Below are positions 50,882 to 62,100 of a stretch of 64,000 bases of DNA, in pieces. Origin of the DNA: Bilabrum cf. latius (lineage: Eukaryota). Made by a program: the position numbers and the translations under genes. The stretch covers positions 682,001 through 746,000 of the forward strand of contig OZ237762.1 of assembly GCA_965178125.1 (NCBI GenBank), given 5' to 3'. Position 1 is the first letter of the stretch; each line of letters opens with the position of its first letter. Under the pieces are notes generated by a model. That model searched no databases. It was given only the letters and a program-made list of their open reading frames with translations, and had not been told where the DNA came from.

Positions 50882-52321
50882 ATGGAAAACGGACAACAAG
50901 TTGCTGGGTCCAAAAGTGGGCAGCCTCGCTATTCTGAGCCAGTAGCTGCCAGTGGAAGCAGGTCAAATGGGTCTGGTGATGCGACCTCACCAGCTGCTAG
51001 AACTGCCCCACCTTCGAATGCTGCCTCTCTTAATGCCGCCGCATTCGAAATACAAGTGCTTAATCCATGTAGAAATGGTGCGATGAACTCAGAGAGGCTC
51101 GCTGAGCTGCTAGAACAGTCTGAATTTAGCGAAGCAAGGCTCGCTAGCATTCTCGCATGTATCAAAGACGGCGGGTACAGCGCTGCCGGCCCTGCTTTAA
51201 AGTACAGCGAGACTACCGGCTGTGCAAGCATTTTTGTTTCATGCGGTTTGTGCTGTCTTGGTCTAGCGGGCGAGCCTGGCGGTGGCGCAGGGGGTCCACG
51301 AGAAGCAGATCTTGCAGTCGTCGTTGGAGAATGGGCTGGATCCAGTCCTGATCCGGGCGCCGCCGCCGATCAAGCTGACCCCCACAAGAGTACTATTACA
51401 TTTGCAGCTGTGGAAGACGATCTTGACGAAAGCGAAGACGTGCGTCTGAGCGACAGCGAATCGGAGGAGGAGCAGGAAGCTGCGAAAGCCGGCGCGCCCA
51501 TGGACGCCCCAATTCGGGGGGACGACGTGGGATCTGCGGCAGGTGGATGGGCTCAAGTCGCACGAAGAGGCCGTGCCAAAGCAAAGAGCCGCGGCCGAAG
51601 ACGCCGCAAGTCGCCCGGACCGGGACACAGACCCGCTGCTGCTGCCAGCGGTGGGGCATCTGCGGCACACTCTTCGGCGCCGGTGCTTACTCCAGCGGGA
51701 GAAGGGGCCGCCGGGAAGAAAGCATCGCCAGCGTCTAAGTACGCCGCAGGTGCGAGTGCAGCCAGGGGTGGAGCAGCCTCTGGCCACAGCGCGGTGGTGC
51801 GCAGGCGCAGGCGAAAGGCAGAGCAGAAGCAGCCGTCCATCAAGCTGACCCCGCTCTTCTTTCCGTCCAAAGAGAGTTTCAAGAGGATCCTAAGGGTGTT
51901 CAGGGAGGCCGAGCAATCCATTGATTTGGCTGTGTACAACCTGACGGAAAACGCAGTCAGGGATGAGCTGGCCAAGGCATGGAGGTATGGAGTGAGAGTC
52001 AGGGTCATCACGGATCAGGACAACCTTGACGAGAAGCGGGGAGCGGACGCGAAGTACCTGGCGAGGCAAGGGGTCGAGGTGCGGATCCTGGGGGAGAAGC
52101 CCACGGACCGCGGAGGGGGGCACATGGGGTACAAGCTCATGCACAACAAGTTCATCATCGCAGACCGTTCCACGCTCGTGACGGGGTCACTGAACCTGAC
52201 GAGGAGCGCTACCAGGAGCAACAACGAGAACATGCTGGTGGTCGAAGGGGCCACACTGTCTGCTGTGGAGGCGTACGAGAAGCACTTTGAAATGCTCTGG
52301 GCCAAGGGAAAGCCGCTGTAA
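50882..52321 (+). CDS. Single-HKD phospholipase D/nuclease family protein (PLD6/MitoPLD/Zucchini-like)
   Basis: SIDLAVYNLT, GVRVRVITD, MHNKFIIAD...TGSLNLT (HxKxxxxD-GSxN), NNENML, HFEMLW. No internal TAG; ends in TAA. Start uncertain. Confidence 0.85.
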   Translation: MENGQQVAGSKSGQPRYSEPVAASGSRSNGSGDATSPAARTAPPSNAASLNAAAFEIQVLNPCRNGAMNSERLAELLEQSEFSEARLASILACIKDGGYSAAGPALKYSETTGCASIFVSCGLCCLGLAGEPGGGAGGPREADLAVVVGEWAGSSPDPGAAADQADPHKSTITFAAVEDDLDESEDVRLSDSESEEEQEAAKAGAPMDAPIRGDDVGSAAGGWAQVARRGRAKAKSRGRRRRKSPGPGHRPAAAASGGASAAHSSAPVLTPAGEGAAGKKASPASKYAAGASAARGGAASGHSAVVRRRRRKAEQKQPSIKLTPLFFPSKESFKRILRVFREAEQSIDLAVYNLTENAVRDELAKAWRYGVRVRVITDQDNLDEKRGADAKYLARQGVEVRILGEKPTDRGGGHMGYKLMHNKFIIADRSTLVTGSLNLTRSATRSNNENMLVVEGATLSAVEAYEKHFEMLWAKGKPL

Positions 52322-52493
52322 GTCATCCTGCTTGCTCAACCCGGAATCCAGAATCGGATTCCAGATCTATTGGATTTAGGCCCTAGACTAGGCCTATGGG
52401 TAAAATATGAATGGCTGAGGCCTGCTTAACCGAATAGAAATGTTTGCCCAGTCAATTCTTCTCTTTTGCAACGTACCTAACGCATCCAATAGA

Positions 52494-55400
52494 TCAAGCA
52501 GTCGGTGCAGCACACATCCGGGTTTGCAAAATACCGCAGCGACTCGGGTAGCGCTGGCCCGGCTCATCTGCTTGCCTTACAACCTTACCTTGATCGTCGC
52601 CAGCACCCGTCTCCTCCCCATGGACGCTTGGCTCTTCCCCCACCTTGGTCAGCAGCTCCACCGTGATCTTCTCTCGAACCTTGGGGATCTGCTGGATCAC
52701 ATCGGTTGGAAGCACGCTCAGCACCTGCCACGCTCCGCGCAGAGGGTCTGCCAACTTGCCTGGCAGCGGCCAGTACACAATGGTAGTGAGAATACCAACA
52801 ACCACTTGCATGATACTTACGCCCACGAATATATTGTTGATCACGTCCCACACGGCCCGTTGTGACTGATCAGCGTATCGAGAGCTGCTGAGCTCCAACG
52901 CGTCACGCAAGTGAGGGTTCACCACATCTCCAAGTCTAACGACGAGACCAATGAACTACGCGGGCTGAGATAGCATGAATTGTGAGCTCCCTGTCTCTAG
53001 ATCAGGCAAAGGAGAGCTAAGTCTCAGCTCTCGCGACTTGCGGACTGTCTGGATCGCAGCGTTTCGGGCCCCCCACCGCATCATGCTGCCAAAGACTTCG
53101 AGGCACGACTCCCTCTCATTCGATTCAGCACACCCATCATCTAGCATGATCTGCCTGGCCACCGGATCCTCTAGCGACTCCAGGTTAATTTCGAGTCCAG
53201 TGGATTCATCGACGAAGTTCTCCCCGAGCACGATTCTGTTCGATGTCACCAAGATTCGCGCTTCGATCTACTGCAGCTCCTACCGGAGACGAGCGCGGGT
53301 GGTATTGCTGCCACCGTAAACAAAATCGCCCATGATTCGTTGCATTCTCACGCAGTCAGCGGCCAGTCGCTATGATGTGACCAGACGTTCGTTTGCGGTA
53401 ATGGTGTTCGTTTGGATGCTCACAGCAGACAGGACCTCCATGATAACCCAGCAGAAACCCAGAAGCACAGGAAGCAGGAACACGAGAGTGTACAACCACG
53501 TAAAATTCCAGTTGTCGTCGAAGGAACGAAGCAGCCTGCGGCGACTTACCTACAGTTTACTCCGGCCAGACGCCCTCCGCCTCACCATCGGCCTTGATCC
53601 AGAAGTAGCAGTGTCAAGCGCTTGCGTGCCCGCATCCTACGCTTGGATCTTGTCGTCCTCGATGATATCCTGCCTATCTGCATCCTCGTCATCCTCGTCA
53701 ATTTCATCCAGCTGATTTGCAAGCCTGGTAAGTTTTCGCAATGTCCTAGCCTTGAGCTGACCAGCTGTCCTAGACGGGACCATGAACACAATCTGAGCAA
53801 CCCGGGCCGTCTTCTCGCGGATCTAGGCGAGCCGTCTGTACAGGTAAAACCCAGAAATAATCGCGACAACGAGGAATACACTCACTCCCATGCATGAAAA
53901 AATCAACACTGCGAAGTCATACGAATCGACAATATCGAGCTGCCGCAGCGAAATGCTCTGATTCAGCGCCTGCAGGTACTGTTCTCGATTGCCGGATATA
54001 GCAGTGGCTTCCGGGGCATTGAACGAAATAGCAGCCGTGTCGTTGGTCTCCACTAGCTGCAGCAGGACGCTACTAAGATACGTGCCCATTTCAAGCAGCG
54101 AGGCGTTGAACCTGCGGGGTAGCCCGCCACTAGACGAAGGCTCAACGAGCAGCCAGTCTCGGTCATCAATTGTGTCGCCTGCCCTGTCACTAGTAAGGAG
54201 CGTGCTTGCCGATACAAGCTTTGAATGACGGTCCTCGTGCCGCCGAGCAACCGCTTCTAAATGCTCAAACTCTCTACGCATCTGTACCGGTCCCGGGTCC
54301 GGGGAAATGCCTGCACCTACTGCAGCAATCGTACGGAAGACAGACTCCGACGTCTAGAAAGCCAGGGCCTGATCGGTCGCGAGGTAGAGGTTTGCACTGA
54401 TATCCGCCACCAGCACCCCCATCATGTTGCACACAGCTAGTGATAGGAACCCACCCAGAACCGCGATTCCAGCACCGAGTCCGAATGTGCAGCGGATGCC
54501 ATCCACCTGCTCCGAGGCACTCTCGTCGGTATTTTTGACAGCGCGCACCAGCTTTGCGTGAATGTCTTGGATCTTGCCCTGCGAGGAAGAGCCTCCATCG
54601 CCACTGCCACGCGCCGTCCCAGATTCAAACACAGCCCCTCCATGCTGCTACGAGGAGGACAGTCGCCCAGGTGAGGACCTGTTTCCCTTGATCGCGAGTG
54701 CACGAGCACGTGGTGCAATTCGTATAGACTACGAATGACCGGGATCTACTGGAGAGTGTCGGCTACTACCAATTTGTACCGAGGGATCACGGGGTGCCAA
54801 CTGAACGCCATTGCTGCTACTCGAACCATCAACATTGGGGCCGCTTCCGAGTCCAGACGCGATCTAGATCTATTCCCGCATGGCCTCCCTCTCCACCTGG
54901 CTCGGCATCCTCCACCGCAGCATGAAACACGACCGACCCACCTGCTCAGACACGTCCTGCACCGAGCCAAGCACCAGGTCGGTCTTGTCAGCTGCATTCT
55001 GCACCGGGATGAGCGCCGTCTCATACACTCTAAGTAGGGGCTTGGGCTGCAAACTGGGGGGAAGAACAACCAGTCTTGTGCTTGGCGTAGTCTGGCCCGT
55101 TTCATCATCCATTTCTAGCGCCTTGGATCCCAAGAAGGATCCCTCAGACCGCAGCACGCCGGGCTTGCCAGGCGACTGCGCACCAGCAGATGCATGGCCA
55201 ACGCCTGAAGCTGATCGTATGCGTACTTCTTCATCGCCAAGCACTGCATCTGACACAATCGAACTCCATACATCGCTTTGGTATCCAGCCATATTTGCAG
55301 TGGGGAAGAATCGAGTCACTGGCAGCGGCTCCCGCTGCAGCTGCTCGCTGTCCGTCCCCAGAAGCAGCATCGACCGAGCGCTCGCTGACAGCACCTTGTA

Positions 55401-58160
55401 CCCCTGGTCCCGACCTGAGAAAAAGATCACGTGCTCGTCACAACGAAGCACATCGATGCCCACAGACAGACGAGGCGCAGACGTGGCCTCATCGGGCGTC
55501 GACTCGAGCAGAGAAATGATCACGGGCAATGCAGAACCAGATGATGGCAGCACGAACGACACCTCCGTCTGATTCAAAGCATCCGAGAAGCCGCACCGCT
55601 GCAGCCGATGCAGTCGCTGGTTGTAGATGCCCCGCACAGGCTCAGGCAGCAGCGTCTGAAACGACAGGCCCATGATCTGGCTCGTGTTGGCGAAACCAAA
55701 CACACGGCACGTCGACGGCGAGGCCGACAGGATCTCGCCCACGCTCCCATCAGCCACGCTCAGCGTCAGGTTGGCGGCGTTGTCGTCCAGCAGGTCCACC
55801 TGAGGAGCCTCCGACCCTAGCACCACATGCCGCACCGCCTTGGCCCTCTGCCGCGTGTGTCTCTCCTCCAGCCGGTCCGCCTTGTTGAACAGCTCCATGG
55901 CCGTCAGCGGGTCGTTCATCAGCTCCACCAGGAACTCTGCATACCCACGCGCCACCAGCGCGCCTTGATTCAGACGTAGCATGGTCCGGTACAGCTCGTC
56001 CGTCTTCTTCAGGTCAGACTCAATCTCCTGCCCCACCCCCACCACCGTGGCCAGCTCCAGCTTGTGCCCAGCCAGATGGTCCCACAGCTTGAGGATGCTG
56101 CGCATGGCCGCCACCTTGCTCTCCTGCGCCTGCCGCGACAGCGACTCGAAGACCACGCGGTCCAGTGCCGACAGCTTGCTCGAGTCCGCGCCTTCCCGCA
56201 GCTCCCGAGTGCGCCCGTACACGTACGCCTCCAGGTCCAGAGACGGAGACCGCAGCCGGGCCTGGGCCAGAGCCTGCGCCTCGGCGAAGTTGTTCTCGAA
56301 GCAGAACTGGTGGTAGAACTCCGCCGCCAGCACGTGCGCCATGGCCGTCTGTCCGAAGTGAGCCGTCATCTGCCGGTAGGCCCGCTCTGCCGTGTACAGC
56401 CTGTGCTCGTCCTCCCTGTGCCTGCGGGTGGCGTACTTCATGTTGGCCAGCCTCCATCCGAAGAATGTGGACTGGTCGATGCTGGCGATGTCCTCCTCGG
56501 GCGACAGCAGGCTTTGCATCACATCGTCCTCATGCCCGTCCTCCCCATCGGCCCCGGCCTGCTTGGAGAAGTGCTTCGTCTGAGCGTCGAGCCGAGCCAT
56601 GCTGCCCGCATCGGTGCGCACGGTGGGCGCGTATGCCACGGTGCCGGCCCCGTCCAGCATGCCCCCGTACTTGCCGCCATCCTGCACAGACCCGCGGGCG
56701 GGGCCGGGATCCGAGGACTTGCCGCCGGAGCTGCCTCCCGCCACAGACGCTGCTCCTCCACCTCCACCAGCGGTTGGCAGCTCCTGCAGATACTCAGCCG
56801 CGTCTGCTTGCCGATCTCCGCCCCGCATGCTGCCCATGGTGGCGTTGTCCGCTGTGCGCCCATACTCCGCATCCTCATCATCGTTCCCAGCGTCCCGCCC
56901 GATGCGGCCCCCGTACCTCGGCCTGCGACGGATCGGCACGGTGTGCTGCCCCTTGCGGGACTACTCCACAGACGACCCCCGCGACTCCACCACGCGCGAG
57001 TACTCCTGCATGCGGTGCCGCGCCCACACGTCCAGGTGCACCAGGCTCTCGCACGCCTCCAGGGGAAGAGCAGCGATGAACTGCTCGTGCATGTAGCACG
57101 CCAAGAAGCCACCGCAGTACGCCAGCACAGACCCAAGGTACAGCAGCAGCGACTGGTCCCCGGTGTCCGTGTAGCGGGCCAGCGCCAGCACCAGCGTGCT
57201 CCACAGGAACACGCACGCGAAGCCAGCCTGCATCGCATTCATTCCCGGGTGCACGAACGGCAGGTACCGCACGGCCATCCCCAGCCAGGCGGCCCCGGCG
57301 AGGAGCAGCAGGACGACGAGGACCCACGAGTCGAGGACGAAGTCCCTGAAGACGCTGTAGCAGAGCACGAGGGCGACCTTGACGAGGAGCATGGCGGCGT
57401 CCATCTGGCCGTGGCTCTTGGCGCTCCACGACTTGCTCGCGGGGTTGCGGTCGATGTAGGTAGCGGCCACGAAGACGAGCAGGCCGTTGTACACCAACAG
57501 GAGCAGAGCGGCAAGTATTCTCGCTAGTACAACCGCTGCATCATCACATGGTACATTTGTTGAAAGCCAAGATCCTGACTGGGCTCCCGAGCAAGATACT
57601 GTAGCACTCATGAAGCTTGCCAACGGAATTACTGCAACAGTTGTTGCCACCAGGCTTGCAATCCGGACCGCTGGAAGTAACAAACCCATGTATCCGCTAT
57701 TAGTATGCGATGGCGTAAATCCTGCGGTGGAACAAGTGGGTTCTCAACAGCATGGCGATGGCACGCCAATTGCGATACGAAAGGCAAAGCGAAGCAAAGC
57801 GTTTTTGCTCTTACCAAGCAGACAGAGAGCTGCGAGAAAGCTGCCAATCATAATACTAGAAGAAATAGCAAGCGCTACTATAGCAGCAGAATTGCTTTCG
57901 CGGGGTTCTATTTGCCCCGAGAGGAGCATTGCTATTGTGTTCGCACTGGGGGATACACCCCAATCCGCCGGAATCGCAACCCAGGGGAAGGACAAGAGCT
58001 GTAATCCTTCCATTATCGATTGAATGATAGCAAACCACCAAATACAATGCTAATTGGCATTCAAGCGAAGCGCAGTAGTGCTCAACGCAACAGCCATGGC
58101 ACGAATCGGCGATCGGTTGGCCTCGGAGTCTTCATGAATCGAATCACCGGTTGCTCGCAT
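52494..58160 (-). CDS. TmcB/TmcC-like multipass membrane protein with a PAS domain, copy 1 (one intron, 57722-57814)
   Basis: N-terminal TM bundle, helical region (LDLEAYVYGRTREL), PAS-like GEILSASPSTCRVFGF...FQTLLPEP, and C-terminal TMs. At least 14 in-frame TAG (58050, 56961, 54870, 54864, 54729, 54648, 54354, 53823, 53637, 53550, 53370, 53280, 53268, 52956); ends in TGA. Confidence 0.8.
57722..57814 (-). other. Spliceosomal intron (93 nt)
   Basis: GTAAGA...CCGCAG, phase 1; removes the in-frame TGA at 57744 and gives LCLLGFTPSHTNSGYMGLLL. Confidence 0.75.
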
Positions 58161-58407
58161 GTCGCGATTTTCAGATCTTTTCGGTTTGTGTCAGTTGGCC
58201 AGGACCTGCGAGGTTGTACTGTTGAAGAATGCTCCGATTGTGATTTCCCTTCGCGTCACCACCAAGTCACTTGGTCGCAAGCGGCCACATCGGCGAGGTT
58301 GCAACCACCGTAGCGTTGAGAAGAAGATTAAAATCACGGGAAGATTAGAACCTAAATTGACGGCGATTTGAGCCCGGTAGTACATATAAAAATGATTTTT
58401 GCGTTGA

Positions 58408-58896
58408 TCTTCGCCCTGGCCCCTTGCATTTGTCGGCTCAATCACTGGTGCCGTCCGTAACGTCGTGCCGATCGGAGACGAGGACGGCGATGGCGCCTTC
58501 GTCTTTGTGGCGCTCGAGCCGAGCAACGGCATGATGGTGCTGGTCAACCAGAGCCCCATCGAAGGCAAGGAAACCTTATCTGTCGTGTAGTGTAAGGGTG
58601 ACGTGGCAGAACCACACGGCGTGGGTGGTGACGATGACGACGGGTCGCTTGGTGGAGGAGCAGTCGCGATCATCGTGGTGGTCATGCCGGTTCTGACTGC
58701 AGTGGTTGTGTGCTTCTTGTTGTGAATTTTCTGCCCTGCAATGCTCTGCTGCTGCTTCCAGAGGCGCGCCGGCGGAGAGGACAAGGGCAAGGACGTGGGG
58801 ACCGCTGCAGGCAAGCCGGCTATGAAGCCAAGCCAGAACGAAACTCAGGGGCAGCGAGGAAGCCCCACGAGCAGGTAGGGGATGTCACAACTTTGA
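58408..58896 (+). pseudogene. Probable remnant of a type I membrane protein C-terminus (FG-GAP-like motif plus TM)
   Basis: VVPIGDEDGDGAFVFVA...LGGGAVAIIVVVMPVLTAVVVCFLL*IFCPAMLCCCFQRR. In-frame TGA at 58723 at the end of the TM; no evident 5' part. Confidence 0.45.
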
Positions 58897-59109
58897 GGTC
58901 TCGCAGCTCGCCTTCCGAATGCATGAGCCCACAGAGACGCGAAAAGGAAGCAAAACATGTTTAGATCTTTCGTTCAGTCTGAAGCAGACTTACTGTGACT
59001 TCCACACCGCACTGCACCTTCAATGATTGATCAGCAGGCGGCTCGCGGCGCGGCGAAAGTGTGGTTCCGCAACAAAAATAAACTCTTCTGGAGGCAAACG
59101 CATTCGAAA

Positions 59110-62100
59110 TCACGCCTCCCCAAGCTACATTTTCGAGAGCTCGGCCAGAAGCGCTTGCTGCGCCCTTGGGGTTGCTTCCCAGACGGCGGGGGGCAGCACC
59201 CGGACCGCTTGCCAGGCAGCCCGCACAGGGAGAGCGAGCCGCTCCGGCGCGCCCCAGTACGCGTACGTCGTGAACAGTAGCGCCGCAGCGAGCATTGCCG
59301 AGGACGTAATCAGAATGAGCCGAAACCCATCTGTGTTTACAGCGAGCGCCTCTCGCGCGTACCGGCCACTGCTTCTCTCCAGCGCCACCCTGACGTGAGG
59401 ATTCACAATCTGAAGCATCTCATGCACCTTCAGAATAAAAAGCTCAGGCTGGGACAGCATGAAGAGCGACGACCGCCTCTCTAGGTCGGGATCTGGTAGG
59501 CCTAGGCGGATGGAGCGCTGCAGCCGGACGATCTGGATGGCTGCGTTCCTGATCCCATGCGTCAAGATCTGGCCACCCACCACGCTGCACTCGTCATACA
59601 GGTCCGAACCGTGGCACCCGTCATCCAGCATGATCCGCCTCGCTACTTTGTCCTCCACAGGGCCCAGCTGGTTTTCCAATCCGGTTGACTCGTCCACGAA
59701 CGTTTCCCCCAGAACAATCCTCTCACTGGTCTGCAGGATCCTTTCCTCCACGATCTGCATCTCATCGATCAGCCGAGCCCTCGTTGAATTGCGGCTGGCG
59801 TATACAAAATCGCCAGCCAAGAGGGTAGTCCTCACGAGATCACTCGCCAGTCGCTGGGAAGACACCAGCCTCTCGTTGGCAGCGATCACGCGGTTAAGCA
59901 TATCTGCGAAAAGGCTCACCCGCACGATCACCCAGGCGAACATGAGCATAACCGGGATAGAGAACAGCATAGTCTGCACCGGCACGAAGGACCAGGTGTC
60001 GCTGAACCGGCGCTGGCCTTCCTTCTTGCCCCGCTTGTGGCGAGACCTCTGACGGTTCGACCGCAGGATACCCTGCCTCTGCTTGGTGGACCCGCGGTTG
60101 GGCTTGTCCGCTGGGGCGCTCCTTGATGGGGCCAGTATCTGAGAGGTTGGCTCGTGCCCGGAATCGCTGTCGTGACGCCCTTGTTCGCCCTGCTCGATTT
60201 CATCCGTTGCCTGGACGCCAGGGCAGCTCGAGTCACTCGAAGTCTTCGGCTCGGAGCGTTCTCGGCCCGTCACACGGTCGTGCGACCCGGCTGCAGGCAC
60301 GTCTGCTTCTGCCGTGGAGTCGCTGTCAGTGCCAGTGTTTTCGCGCGGGTCGTCGTGGACAGCATCCTGCCCGACCGCCGCATCTTGCCCGGATTGCTCG
60401 CGCGATTCCGCAGCTACGCTGAGAGCGGGCGTACCGGGTTCGTCGTTGTTTTCGTCATACGGTGCCACAGTGGAGTCGTACGCTGAGCGACCGCCCGAGG
60501 ACGCCTCTCGTGGATGAACAGAGGAGCCATGCGAAGCAGAGCGACGCCTCCGGCCCCTACCTCTCTCTCGATGGGACTCTGCTTGCTTCCTCCCCTTGCT
60601 TTCAGACCCGGCGTCGTCGAATCCCTCCTCGTCGAGGATGTCCTGCAAGTCGTCGTCATCCTCCTCCTCCATGTCGTCTAGCTGGTTCGCCAGCTTGGTG
60701 AGTCGCCTAAGGGTCCTTGCCTTGACCTTCTTCGCGGTCCCTGACGGCACCATAAACACGATCTGAGCCACCCGGACCGTCTTCTCTCGGATAGAGTTCA
60801 GCGCTCGGTAGATCAGGACCAGGAACACTCCGAGCGAAATGGACAACAGGGCGGCGTAGATCGCAGCAAAGGTCGCGAGTGATTGGTTGAAGGAGTCCAC
60901 AACGTCGAGTTGCCGCAGGGACATGCTCTGATTCATCGCGCGCATGTACTCCTCCCGGTTGTTTGAGATCGCATCAGAGGATGGGGAGCCAAAGTCCATG
61001 GTGGCAGTGTCGTTGGTAGCAGCAACCTGCAGCATGACGCTGCTAAGGAATGTGCCCATCTCTTGCAAGGAAGCGTTGAATTCCCTGTCCTGGCCAATCG
61101 TGGCTGAAGGCTCGACCAGTGTCCACTGCCTGACTCTAGCGTCCTCTCCGGCGCGGTCACTGTACAGGCCTCCGTCTGCACCCAGCATCTCGCGCAGTCG
61201 CTGTTCATGCCGGTTCGAATTCACGATAAAGTATTCAAACTCGGCACGGAGTCGCGCGGCGCCAGGGAACGGAAGGATGCCCCCTTGCTCAGCCGCGACG
61301 TTCCTGTAGATGGAGTCGCACGTCTGGAATGCGAGGAACTGGTCGGTGGACGCAAACACCAACGAAATGGTCTGGTCGAGTGCCATTCGCATAACCTCAC
61401 CGATAGGCATGGAGGCGATCCCGGCCAGCAGGGCAACTAGGATGGTCACCATGAACGTGCACTTGACGGCGTGCACGTGCCGCTCTGCTACCGTAGCACC
61501 GTGCCGTACGGCCTTGGATAGTCGGCTCAAGAGCTTCTCTTTCTCAGAGGACTGCGATGAATCGCCGTCCTACTTGCCAGACTCTTGCACAGCCAGCTGC
61601 CTGCTTGTGCCTGCCCCGTGCGCCTCATCTAAGCCCGCGTGCATGCCAGCAGTGGCGCTGCTGGCAGACGGCCCTGTGCTGTAGGTGGCTAGTGCGTGCG
61701 GATTGGATGCCTTTACAAAGCCAGAGGGCGGCCTCATCCTCGACAGGGTATTCATTGACCCATGCCCGCGCCCGTGCCCGTATGTGCCCTGCTGCACCCT
61801 CCCCACGAAGCTGCCTCGACGGTGACCCACGCGCTGTGCGGGCCGGCGAATTCTGCTTGTGGGCTGTTGCATGGGATGGACAGGGCTTGCCGAGCTGAGG
61901 ATACCGGGCTGCTGGTCCGACGGCTGTTCCCTAACAGGGATGGCTACATCAGGTTCGTCATCTTGGCTGCCGATGTCCTGAACCTCATCATTCGACTGGC
62001 TTGGGGTAGCGCTCGCATCATCTTCTACTCGGTTGGCAAGGAGGACTTGCTCTTGCAAGGCCTCCCTCTCCACCTGGCTCGGCATCCTCCATCGCAGCAT

